Shown here: piece by piece, positions 1-45,346 of the stretch | Position numbering within the stretch: the first letter of the stretch is position 1 | Layout of the letters: each line of letters opens with the position of its first letter | Origin: Octopus bimaculoides | Lineage: Eukaryota | Direction of reading: 5' to 3' | Length of the DNA: 64,000 nt | NCBI RefSeq assembly: GCF_001194135.2 | Contig: NC_069000.1 | Location: forward strand, 44,006,054 to 44,070,053 | Notes under the pieces: model-generated | What the model was told of the DNA's origin: nothing | The model's database searches: none | Seen by the model: only the letters and a program-made list of their open reading frames with translations | Translations under genes and position numbers: made by a program

Positions 1-24
1 ATTTCAGATTATTCCTGGATAACG

Positions 25-32227
<32,203 letters not shown>

Positions 32228-33264
32228 NNNNNNNNNNNNNNNNNNNNNNNNNNNNNNNNNNNNNNNNNNNNNNNNNNNNNNNNNNNNNNNNNNNNNNNNN
32301 NNNNNNNNNNNNNNNNNNNNNNNNNNNNNNNNNNNNNNNNNNNNNNNNNNNNNNNNNNNNNNNNNNNNNNNNNNNNNNNNNNNNNNNNNNNNNNNNNNNN
32401 NNNNNNNNNNNNNNNNNNNNNNNNNNNNNNNNNNNNNNNNNNNNNNNNNNNNNNNNNNNNNNNNNNNNNNNNNNNNNNNNNNNNNNNNNNNNNNNNNNNN
32501 NNNNNNNNNNNNNNNNNNNNNNNNTTTTTTTTTTTTTTTTTTTTTTACTTTGTTTCCATGTCCGTTTTCAAATTTTCACAAGAATTTATTGGAGAAATTT
32601 TTTTTTTAAAAATTAATAAACCAAAATAAATTATAAGAAAGAAGAGGTCTGTATTTAATGAAGGAAGGAAGATGGACAAATGAATAGACTGACAGAGAAA
32701 CAGAGAGACAGTTTTTCTTATTATTTTTATAGTAAGGTGGTGAGCTGGCAGAAACATTAGCATGCTGGGCAAAAGATTTAGTGGCATTTCAACTGTGTCT
32801 TTAAGTTCCGAGTTCAAATACCGCCAAGGTCAACTTTGTTTTTCATCCTTTCGAGGTTGATAAAATAATTACCAGTTGCTTACTGGGGTCGATGCAAATC
32901 GACTCATCTCTTCCCCTGAAACTGCTGGTCTCATGCCAAAATTTAAAACCATCATTATTATTATTATTTTTAATATTTTATTACTTTTGTTACTCGTTTA
33001 TTTATCAGAGTTCAATTTCTGTGAATAAAATTGATTTATAAACAGTTTGAATAACGAGAAATAGAAAATAAAAACAGTCTGGTGGGGAGCGGGTGGGATG
33101 AGGAATAAATACCAGGACATTTGACTTCAAATGATAACTAGTCTGGGTAGGGGACAGGGGAGCTGTTAGTGAACATTAAGTGATAGACAGTAGTGTAGTG
33201 AACACAAAAAATAGTGAACAGTGAAGGGGAGGGAGAGAGATGGTTTAAAAGCACACAAATATAT

Positions 33265-33301
<37 letters not shown>

Positions 33302-33707
33302 AGTATCTTCAAAAACTTACAGAAATATACATACACAGGTGTACACACACATGTATACCCTACACACACATATATACATAATATAAACATATTCATAATA
33401 CTAAACATATAGCTACATACACATATATATGAATATATACAACGATAAACAGCTACATAAACTAATATGTATCTGCATACAAATACACCTACATAAATAC
33501 ACATGTATATATACAAATATAAACATATACATGCACACACACACACACATCACACAAACATACACATACTTATTGATACACATACTTATAGATACACACA
33601 CACACACACACACACACACACGGTAGCTGGGCCACAGAACAGCAGAGATTACTGTATGACTAGTGAACAGTTGGAGGAGGAGGAGGGGGAGGAAGCAGCT
33701 GGGAGAA

Positions 33708-33837
33708 TCAATAGAGATCTGCAACTTGATATTGGCGGAGCTGGGCCACAGCTACTTTCCATCGTTCCATCCACTGGTCAAACGTTAAGCCGTTTACTTT
33801 AACCCATGGCACGGCATGTTGAGCAGGCTGGGTTTCC
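33708..33837 (-). CDS. HAUS5: HAUS5 last coding exon
   Basis: (W)ETQPAQHAVPWVKVNGLTFDQWMERWKVAVAQLRQYQVADLY*. Confidence 0.88.
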
Positions 33838-34424
33838 CTGTGGAAAACAAAACAAAAAAAAAAAAGATGTACACATATCATCACCATCATGATCATCATC
33901 ATCATCATCATCAAACATCCATTGTCCATGCTGGCATGGGTTGGATGGCACGCTGGAAGCCAGCACCAGACTTCAGTCTGATTTGCCATGGTTTTCTAAC
34001 GCCAACCACTGCAAGAGTGTAATGGGTGCTTTTACATGCGACCAGCATGGGTGCCAATTTACATGACATCAGTATCAGCCACAACAGCTATTTTGCTCGG
34101 TTTAATGGGTCTTCCCAAGCACGACATAATGCCAAACGTCTCAGTCATAGCTTCCGTGAGGCCCATATTCAAATATATATATATATACATATATATACAT
34201 ATATACACACACATATATATATATGTAGACACACACTGGAATACTAGACCTCAAAGCAAATAATGCCATGAATGATAGCCTATAAATATTGAGTTAAAAA
34301 AGTCAAAGGCCGCCCAATATTTACATGCTATTGTCTATAGCTTTATGTGCTTCGAGATCCATTATGCCAACGAAAGGAATTATTTCACTTTCTCTCCAAA
34401 GTTAATAAATAATTATGGCATGAA

Positions 34425-34455
<31 letters not shown>

Positions 34456-34696
34456 TCATAATCATCATCATTTAACATCCGTTTTTCCATGCTGGCATGG
34501 GTTGGACAGTTTGACAGGTGCTGGCAGGCTGAAGGACTGCACAGTCGTCTGTTTGGTTGCATGCCCTTCCTAACGCCAGCCACTCTACAAAAATGTACTG
34601 GGTGCTCTTTTACCTGGCACTGGCACAGGTGCTTTCTACATGGAGCCAGCATGGGTGCCCTTCATATGGCGCTGGGACCGGTGCTTACACACTCAC

Positions 34697-34727
<31 letters not shown>

Positions 34728-34985
34728 TATATACACCGAGTAACATCATTATTATCATCATTATATATTTGGGAGTTTTGCCATGGTTATACACACTGCA
34801 GAAATGGTAAAGAATGAATGAATGAATAAAGAACAAAGACAAATTTAGCAATTGGCCCCTTACCATTCTTCGATTCGGTGCTTCAGCACTGCCAGGGAAT
34901 CAATGTCCGACATAACATTCTTCAGGTCCTGCTTCAGATTCTGGNNNNNNNNNNNNNNNNNNNNNNNNNNNNNNNNNNNNNNNNN

Positions 34986-35028
<43 letters not shown>

Positions 35029-38000
35029 ATAAACAATATATAAGTATATGTCCCTGTAACCCAGCAGTTCAGCAAAAGCGATCGATAGAAAAAGTACCAG
35101 GCCAAAATATTTGGCACTGGGGGCATAGGGTCAATTCCAGCATCATTTAATGTCCATTTTCCAAGCTGGCATGGGTTTGATGGTTTGAGAGGAGCCAGTA
35201 GGTTAGAGAGTCACACACCTTCGAGATGGTGCCCCAGCATGACCACAGCCCAACGACTGATACGAGGAAAAAGGGAGACTGCAAACAGTTAAAATAAATT
35301 GAAATGTGAATTACCTCCAAGTTTCTCAATGATTTCCACTTCGTTTCCAGAATCAGATTGTTTCGAGGTTGCATCGGTGGCAAGATTTTGCACCAACTGA
35401 TTCTTCATAATGTCCGCTTTCAATTGGCTGATGTGAGACAATATATGCTCTGGGGCCTAATATAAAAAAAAAGTACAAACAGCACAGAGCTTTTTACTTA
35501 ATAAATCACCATCATCATCATTTAGCGTTTGTTTCCCATGTTGGACGATCTGTCAAGAACTGATGAGGCCTGGAGCCATACTAGGCACCATTTGTCTGTC
35601 TTGGAATGCTTTCTGTGTGCCAATGGCATGTAAAAAGCACCATCCAAACGTGGTCAATGTCAGTGCTGCCTCACTGGCTACTGTGCCAGTGGCACGTAAA
35701 AGGCACCCACTACACTCTTGGAGTGGTTGGCATTAGGAAGGGCATCTAGCTGTAGAAACCTTGCCAGATCGGAATGGAACCTGGTGCAGCCTCCTGGCTT
35801 CCCAGTCCTCAGTCAAACCGTCCAACCCATGCCAGCATGGAAAGCAGACGTTAAACGATGATGATGATGATGATGATTCACACAGTTTGGAATTAATCTT
35901 GCATTATCTTGCAGCTTCAAGATTCTGATAAGGTAACTTAATTTATAGAATGATATTGTAGGGTTGGTGCGAGAGGCCAAATCTGACCAGCTTGAACATA
36001 AAACAGGCAGAACGTATTGGCCAGGTGTGGCTGGATGTGACTGGTTTTAAATTGAAAGAGTTAAACAATCACACCATTGAAACCTCGAAGTTATGAGATA
36101 ATGCAGGATTAAACCAAAATGATGTGAATAAATAAGGATTAGATTTGACAGAATAACCTGAATACGAAAGGCTTAAAGGATTATCTCTTGGTTTCAGTAA
36201 TCCACATGAAACTCACCTTAAACATCGGGAAGTCTACTGCTCTAAGAATTTCTCGGAGACAGTTCTTGGAGTTGAGTACAAAATCTGGATTCAGCTGGTT
36301 TATAGACAGTTCGGTTCTGGGGATTTTACATCTGAAAATATTAAATGTAGATTAAAACAACACCCCAGGGAATTCGTTGTTACTGTATCCATGCTTGTGA
36401 AGGCATGTGGCCCAGTGGTTAAGGTATTGTACCTGCAATCATGAGATCAAGGTTCCATTTCTCAGATAGTGACAACGTGAAGATGGGAAGAAATAAACAC
36501 TCCCACATATACAAACATACTCACACACACACAGAGGCAAATACACACACATACACACATACATACATATACAACAGATACTCATTTAACGTCCTTTTTT
36601 CCGCGCTGGCGTGGGTTAGACGGTTCGACAAGAACACAGCAGCAGCAGTAACACAAGGAGCGAAAAAGTTTCAACTTGCTAAAACTTTCGTCTTAAAAAT
36701 GGAAGGACGACTTTGTTCATTTAGCACTAAAAATACCGAATAAAAATGGAATGGGCGTGGTTGGAACGTCTACGGCGTAAAAGCCAGCCTGGGACGAAAC
36801 TAAGCTACAGTAACTACGTCAATAACCCAATGAAGAGTAGAAATAGAAGAAGGGAGATAACCACGAAAGGCATATAACGGTGAAGAAACCAGAGTTGTTT
36901 CCCTTCGGTAAGTAAACTTCTGCGAACCAGTGAGGGAGGGTTTGTTGCTCGATTTTCTAATGTGCCACTGGGGCAGGAGCCAGTCAGGTGGACCTGGCAT
37001 CGACCACATTTGGATGATTTTTTACGTGCCACCAGAAAAAGAGCCAGTCAGGGGGCACCGGCCCCATCTACAATATTGGTTTTACTTGACTATNNNNNNN
37101 NNNNNNNNNNNNNNNNNNNNNNNNNNNNNNNNNNNNNNNNNNNNNNNNNNNNNNNNNNNNNNNNNNNNNNNNNNNNNNNNNNNNNNNNNNNNNNNNNNAT
37201 ATATCCACATATACACACACCAATTTGGGATGCTTTCACAGGCATTCACCTTTTGCTCCTCTACCGTGTCCTCCAGCATTTCTTTATCTAAAGCAGGGGT
37301 TTTCAAACTGTGGTCCGCAAGGACAAGACAGGGGGTCCGTAGACAGCAAATACTTTTTATGGGCAATTTGATTTTATATATGTTTTTTAATCGAAATCTT
37401 TTAATTGACAATGAACCTATTTGTTAAATACTGTTAAATAAATAAATGTAAAAATGTTATTTTAAGCAAATATTTATGTATAAATTTCATAAGCGTTTAT
37501 AAGGGGGTCCCTAAGGTAAAGCCTGAAATATAATGGGGTCCGCAAGTCAAAAAGTTTGAAAACCCCTGATCTACAGTACTACCAACCAGTACACACACAC
37601 TTTGTGGCCCAAGTTACCTTTATTCCCACCCAACACCTCTGCTTACCTTTATCCCCCTATCCACCTCCCTTTCACCCCTTGGATGCCTCCAAGCCTTTCG
37701 CTCCCCCACAGTATCTCTCTTCCACCATCCTCCCCTCACTGCCACTTCTCCCTCAACGTTGTGGGACCCAGGTATCATATCTGAACTTCCCCCCATCGAC
37801 ATCCACAGGAAGAGTCCAAGTCAACCCCTACCCTAAGACGAACCATCGAAATTAAGAATGCGGGACCCACGATGCAAGACCTAGTTAACACCCCAACATC
37901 AGCCTGCGGCATCAACATAAGACCAATGCCTTCTGTCCTAACTTACAAATCAGCATCAATGGTATGAGACCAAAGTGACCCCCCCTCCCTACCACTCATA

Positions 38001-40172
38001 CAATCAACCATTGACATGCAACCAAGGTATTACATCTTAACTTATTACCCATTGACATCAACCGTCATCAGATGCGGCAATGAAACGTCGAGGAATTTGG
38101 TCACTTCATCTGTGATCGCATTTTTAAGGTCCCCCTCAAAATGCCGAACAGATTCCTTGTGTGGGGCGAGTTTCTCTTCAACAAAGTTTACCATCTGTAA
38201 GTAGAAATGTATAAACAGCAGATAAATAAATCATCATCATTTAACGTCTGTTGTCCATGCTGGCATGGGTTGGACGGGTTGACTGGGCTGGCACACTGGA
38301 AGGCTACACCAGACTCCAGTCTGATTTGGCATGGTGTTCTATGGCTGGATGCCCTTCCTAACACCAACCACTCCAAAAGTGTAATGGGTGCTTTTAAGTG
38401 CTGCCGGCACGGGTGCCATTTGCATGACACCAGTATCTGCCACAACTGTGATTTTACTTGGCTTGTGGGTCTTCTTCTCAAGCACGACATTATGCCAAAG
38501 GTCTCCGTCATTGCCTCCGTGAGGCCCAACACTCGAAAGACACTTCAAAGGTCTCAGTCACAGCCTCCGTGAGGCCCAACATTCAAAAGGTGCTGCAAAG
38601 GTCTCAGTCAATGCCTCTGTGACGACAAACACTCAAAGCCTTTACCTACATTAGTTTCAAATTTTGGCACACATGAGCAGTAATTTTTGGGGGAGGGACT
38701 AGTCGATTACATTGACCCCAGACAACTTCAGTGAGATTTGAACTCAGAACATAGAGACTATGAAATACTACTAAGCATTTCACCCAGCATGCTAATGATT
38801 CTACCATTTCACCACCTTAATAATAATGATGATGATGATGATGATGATGATAATAATAATAATGGTTTCAAATTTTGCCAGAAGAGCAGCAATTTTGGGG
38901 GAGGGGATGGGTTGATTACATTGACCCCAGTGTTTCACTGGTACTTAATTTATCAACCCTGAAAGGATGAAAGGCAAAATCAACCTCGGCAGAATTTGAA
39001 CTCAGAACGTAGCAACAAGCAAAATACCACTAAGTATTGCATCCAGCGTGCTAATGATTTGACTAGCTTGCTGCCTTAATAATAATGATGGTGGAGGTGG
39101 TGGTGGTGATGATAATAACGTTGTTGCAAGCTTGCAGAATCGTTAACACTGTGGGCAAAACGTTTAATAGCATTTTGTTTGTCTTTACATTCCAAGTTCA
39201 AGTTCTGCCGAGGCTGATTTCACCTTTTATCCTTTCAGGGTCACTAAAACAGGAACCAGTTGAATACTGGGGATCAATGTAATTGACTTACCCTTGCTCC
39301 GAAATTGCTGGCCTTGTGCCAAAATTTGAAACCATTATTTTTATTACCTCTGCCTTTGCTAATGGCGGAGGTATTGTTTTCAGTCGGCTTCGGTTGAAAT
39401 TTAAAAAATACCTGTTTTATAAAAAAAAATGCGAAGAAATTCAGGTGGGATGATGATTACCTGAATATGGCCGTTATCTAGCTCGCTCTTGGATGAGTAG
39501 AAATCTTGATGGAGGTCTTGAATCAGATCACTTTTCTTTTGCTGACAAAATTAANNNNNNNNNNNNNNNNNNNNNNNNNNNNNNNNNNNNNNNNNNNNNN
39601 NNNNNNNNNNNNNNNNNNNNNNNNNNNNNNNNNNNNNNNNNNNNNNNNNNNNNNNNNNNNNNNNNNNNNNNNNNNNNNNNNNNNNNNNNNNNNNNNNNNN
39701 NNNNNNNNNNNNNNNNNNNNNNNNNNNNNNNNNNNNNNNNNNNNNNNNNNNNNNNNNNNNNNNNNNNNNNNNNNNNNNNNNNNNNNNNNNNNNNNNNNNN
39801 NNNNNNNNNNNNNNNNNNNNNNNNNNNNNNNNNNNNNNNNNNNNNNNNNNNNNNNNNNNNNNNNNNNNNNNNNNNNNNNNNNNNNNNNNNNNNNNNNNNN
39901 NNNNNNNNNNNNNNNNNNNNNNNNNNNNNNNNNNNNNNNNNNNNNNNNNNNNNNNNNNNNNNNNNNNNNNNNNNNNNNNNNNNNNNNNNNNNNNNNNNNN
40001 NNNNNNNNNNNNNNNNNNNNNNNNNNNNNNGGAAGAGCTTCCAGCCAAAGTAGGAACCATGTCAAAGTAGACACTGGAGCTTGATGATATCGTATGAGCC
40101 ATCAGGTTCTGTGAAACCATCCAACCCATGCAGATATTAAACGATATTAAATGATGGCGATAGTGGTGGCGG

Positions 40173-40204
<32 letters not shown>

Positions 40205-43200
40205 ATGGTGATGATGATGATGGTGGTGTTGGTAGTGGTGATGATGGTGGTGATGATGATTGTAGTGATGGTAATGGTGGTGGTGGTGATAAGGGTGGTG
40301 GTGGTGGTGATGATGAGGTTATGATGATGATGATTGTAGTGATGACGATGATGACGACAATGATGATGATGTCCAGTTAACTGAAATTCGGCCATGTGCT
40401 TGTGGGAAGAAGGGAAGAAAAGAAAAACAATTTGAATTTATTTTCTCTTCCTCTACTGGAAACAATAAAACAACACAGCAAGTGACCAGTGGTCAGTTGT
40501 GTGAAACCAAGGATTAAAAGGGGCGACTCACAATTAACATTTGCATGTTCTCGATCCTTTCATGTTTCTTCTCCAGGAGCTTCTTCTCTCCATCTCCTTT
40601 CAGAAGCTCCTCTCTCAGTCGGCAGGTTTCTTTCTCAAGGCAACACATGGAGGCCTCAAGACCGGCAACTTGAACTTCTCTCTGCAACAGTTCCCTATAT
40701 TGCAACAGAGAACGGTAAAAAGAATATCATACTGAATGACATCATCACCATCAGCATCATCATCTGTCCATTTCCCATGACAAGAATTCACACACATACA
40801 TACACACGCATACATGCACGCACACACATATATGCAATGAGTTTCTTTCAGTTTCCGTCCAGCAAATCCACTCACAAAGCTTTGATCTGCCAGGGGCTAG
40901 AAGACACAGGCCCAAGATGCTGCGAAGTAGGATTGAACCACATGGTTGCTTGCTCCTTAACCACACACTTTCTCACTTCTTGACCGTTAAACTAATACAT
41001 CTGTTTGCTGTTTATACACCAGTCTTCGTCTTTTGTTTTGTTTTGTAAATTCCAACTATATATATATATATATATACATCACAAATACATACATATATAA
41101 AAATGCATGTGTGTGTGTGTGTGAGTGTATTAGTGTCTCCATGTCTTAACCTTGTGTGTGATAGTTGTACAGAGACTTCACTGTCATACAAGCAATGTCA
41201 TTTGTTTCCAGTCTTCTATGGAAACAAGTCTGGGCAACAGGAAGCTCAGTCCAGCTATTAACAAACCCTCCTCCACAAATGTAGCCCACTCCATGACAGC
41301 ATGGAAAAGTGGACATTAAAACAATGATGATGATGAGGACAATGATCATGATGGTGATGGAGATGTTTCTACATCACAAAAAGAAAAGAAATGGAAATGG
41401 AAAGAGGTTCAAGAACCCTGAAGATTGCTTACTTAGCCATCAACATCTTTTGTGGATCATCATCAAGAATCTCCTCCAGGAAGGCGTTGGCCACTTTGAG
41501 CATCTCTTCCACTTGAAGTTTATCTTTCTGGTTTTGTGTCTGCAGATTCTTCGTGTTGATGTGGTTCATTATGTGAGATTTCTGGCTTTCCTAAAAAACA
41601 AAAATTAAAAAAAAAACTTTGCTGTTTTTATGTATATACGTAGGAGTGGCTGTATGGTAAGTAGCTTGCTGACCAACCACATGGTTCCAGGTTCAGTCCC
41701 ACTGCGCGGCACCTTGGGCAAGTGTCTTCTACTATAGCCTTGGTGGCTTTGAGATTCCAAAGGTGTGATTGTTTATTTTTAGAATGGCTTTGTAGGGTAG
41801 GTGTAAGAAGCCAGATCTGGCCTGTCTGAGCATATTTGGGCCAGATATGGCTAGTTCAAATGCTAAAGGGTTACGGGTAAAAAAAATACAAAAAGGAAAG
41901 TAATAGGAACCAAGCAAATTTTGAGTAAGGTTTACTGTTCTGGGCCCCTGTTTCAACCAGGCTAGCAGCAGCCCTTTAAATCACCTCCTACAAATACCAC
42001 ACACTTTACTAAGGAGAACATTTTCTGAAGAACTTACAGATATCAGCTGATAGACATTCTGCTGGAGAATTTGGTTTGAAGTTGAACTGTTTGATGTCTG
42101 ATCTTCATATTTTTTCCTGCAAAACAACAGAAAATTACATAATGGTTTCAGGTTTTTGGCACGAGGCCAACAATTTCAGGAAAGGGGCTGAAGTCATTTA
42201 CATCATCCCCCGTGCACAACTGGTATTCATTTTATTGACCCCGCCTGAAAGGATGAAAGACAAAGTTCAAAGTTGACTTCGGCGGAATTTGAACTCAGAA
42301 TGTAGCGAACGGGCAAAATACCACTAAGCATTTCGTCCAGCGTGCTAACGATTCTGCCAGCTAGCCACCTTAATAATAATAATAATAATAATAATAATCT
42401 TACTTTAATTTTGAAAGTTCTGCTTCAAAATCTAATTCTGTGGTTTTCTGGCTCAAACTGCAACTCGCAGCATTTGTCATATTTATCAAAGTTTCCATAA
42501 TGTTGCTTGCAGAGAACTTCCCCATGGTTGATTCCACCGTTTCCTGCCAGTTCCTTTGTAATATTTCCTTATCATCTTGGTTCCAACTGAGAGAACAAAT
42601 GCAAAAGCGAGAAAAAAAAAGAACAAAAATGAAAAAATAAAAAAAAAGCAAAAAGAAATATTTCACAAAGTTAATTGGTTGAGTGGTTAAGTGCTGGATG
42701 GGCAACATACTCTGAGATTGTGGGTTCAAGTCTACTTGATGTCTCTCAAGTTTCTTTTCTACAGAAAAATTTATTCTGACATTAGAGGGCTGATGGTAGT
42801 CTCCTGGAGTCTGAGAAAGATGGTTCAGAAATTTCTTTCTGCTCAACGACCGACACAAATGATTTTTTGTTTCTAGTGATCGAATGAATGTGCTGTGCAT
42901 TAGCTCATTGCCTCCATTGAGATGTTAAGGTCAAACAACAACAACAACAGTAACAAAAAACCCTGTTAAAATTAATGAAATACTTACAGAGCTTGGTTGT
43001 TCTGGTGCATATCCAAGAGGTCTTTGTATATTTTCTCAATATTTTCACGAACATTTTTCTGGGTGGGGAAAAAAAAATAAAAAGGGAAGAAATTATTTTA
43101 ACATGAGTTTATAAGGGAACATCTTACAAAAATTGAGCATCAGATAAGCATGTGTATGTATGTGTGTGTGTATGTACTGAGAGCCGAGAATGTGTGAGTG

Positions 43201-45023
43201 GGAGGGTGTATGTGATAATGAGGTATGTGTGATAGAGAGATGGTGTGTGTGTGAGACAGTAAAAAAGAATGCATATGCATGAGAGAGAGGGGAGGAGAGG
43301 GAGTATACAAAGGAGTGTGTGAGGCTATGATGGATGGGTAGGTGAGTTGATGGGGAGTAATTACACTGGCATGGCACATATGAAGTGAGGAGTTGACCAC
43401 TGAAGTCCAAGATAAAAGACTTCCACATGCTGGCAGAAGTATGCATGTTCCAGGGGCAGAAAACTAAGGAAGTGATACGGTTAGATCTCAGGATGTTGGG
43501 ACTCACAGATAGGATGGCACAGGATCAAACCCAAGTGATAATTTGGCTTTAATCCTATGTCCCATCCAGCATCCATATCATCATCATTAAACATCCGTTT
43601 CCATGTGGCCTGAGTTGGATGGTTTGACAGGAGATGGCCAGCAGGAGAGCTGCACCAGGCCCCAGTTGTCAGCTTTGGCATGGTTTCTATAGCCAGATGC
43701 CCTTTCTAACACCAATCGTTCTACAGAGTGTACTGGGTGCTTTTTACGATGCTAAAAATTCATATTATTCAAAACTCTAGTTGTCAATGGGGTCAAAAGT
43801 GAAACAAGTAAAACAGAAGAAAAAATAAAAGAAAAATTACTGGATGGCCTAATACCCAGGTACACAGCCCAGTCTGTCGGTGCTAGACCTGTCTGCAAGA
43901 GGTTCAGTTTAGTATCCATTCTACCAATCCCTTTTTGATCAACTGCTGAGTTAGAAGAATGTCTCCAAACTGACATTAACCCTTTCGTTACTATATTTAT
44001 TTTGAGATGCTCTGTGTTTCTTTCAATTAATTTTAAATATAACAAAGAATTTAGTAAAATAACTTAGTTATCATTCAGCTAGTTTTAGGAACATAAATTG
44101 TGACTAAGGTTTGGTGGAAGATGTTAATTGAAAATTTATGGAAACAAGACATTTGTACTCAGAGCCAGAGGCGGTTTCAGACGGGTTGGCCACGAAAGGG
44201 TTGAATGCCAAGCAGTGAGACTGGTTGCAGAGTGGAAAAGTCTGCTCATTTAGGGCTGACCTGTGGCTAAACAACTCCTATAAGAAGAAGAACAAGAACA
44301 AGGGGTGATTCACCTGGCAGGATGTTTCAGTTTTGTTGGAGGAGTTGACACAATAATAGAGCGATGCCTCCCTGAAGAAGAAATAAAAAATAACATTAAA
44401 ATACATCAGAATTCACTAAATTTATTTTAGTGTGTGACTGAACGTTTACATAGGCAAGATTATTTTGGCCGGATATGGCCGGTTTAAATGCTAAAGGGTT
44501 AAGCCTTGTCAGTTGACATCTTAGGGGTCTCTTATGCTACAGTGGCTTTAAGCCTTGCTTGGGAGAAAATTTAGGGGAAAAAAAAGCAACTCTGAATAGA
44601 AACCAACAGAGTAGAAGAAGAGCTTAAGTCCTGACTGAGACACAAAGCTTTAGTCAACCTGTGGTTATAGTGGAAAAGTTTTACCCAAAGCGCCACAGAA
44701 TGGGATTGAACCCAAAATCAAATGATTGGGAAGCAAGCTTTAGAAAATGGAACAGAAAAAAAAAAAAAAAAGCAAGGAACAAAAATTAAATCAAGAACAG
44801 AAGGAAATAAACAAAACAAAAAAGAAAACAAGAAAAATAGGTGCTTACTTGTCAAAGACATTTTCAGAATCGGTCAACCTCTCTGAAATCTGTTGCTGTA
44901 AACAGTTGAATACTGACATCTGTTTCTTGGACTGAGCAGAAAATTGGGACAAGAGGACTGACTTCTTTTTCAGATTGAACAATTTGGCATTGGCATCGGA
45001 CAGAGTGGCATCTGGCAAAGTAG

Positions 45024-45056
<33 letters not shown>

Positions 45057-45306
45057 GATAAAAACTATATATGTATTGGGTTGGTGCATAATCATTGAGG
45101 CTTTTTTTCAACAAAAACAATAACAATATTTAACAAAAACATCTTTAAATGATTATTCTGACCGGTTGCTAAGCAAATGGGAAGCAGTAATTGAAGTAGA
45201 TGGTGAATATGCTCCGGGATAATCATTTAAAGATGTTTTTGTTAAATGTTGTTATTGTTTTTGTTGAATAAAATTTGTTGAAAAAAGCCGCAATAANNNN
45301 NNNNNN

Positions 45307-45346
<40 letters not shown>

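Noticed and set aside
33503-33802. + strand ORF as last exon of the YWTD gene
   Set aside because: Antisense shadow of the HAUS5 terminal exon; no acceptor
38190-38205. Apparent + strand donor ct|gtaagt
   Set aside because: It is the reverse complement of the HAUS5 exon 13 acceptor
42680-42880. Upstream part of ORF 42400-42900 as an extra HAUS5 exon
   Set aside because: Phase incompatible; exons 7 and 8 join correctly without it; contains a tRNA-like repeat head
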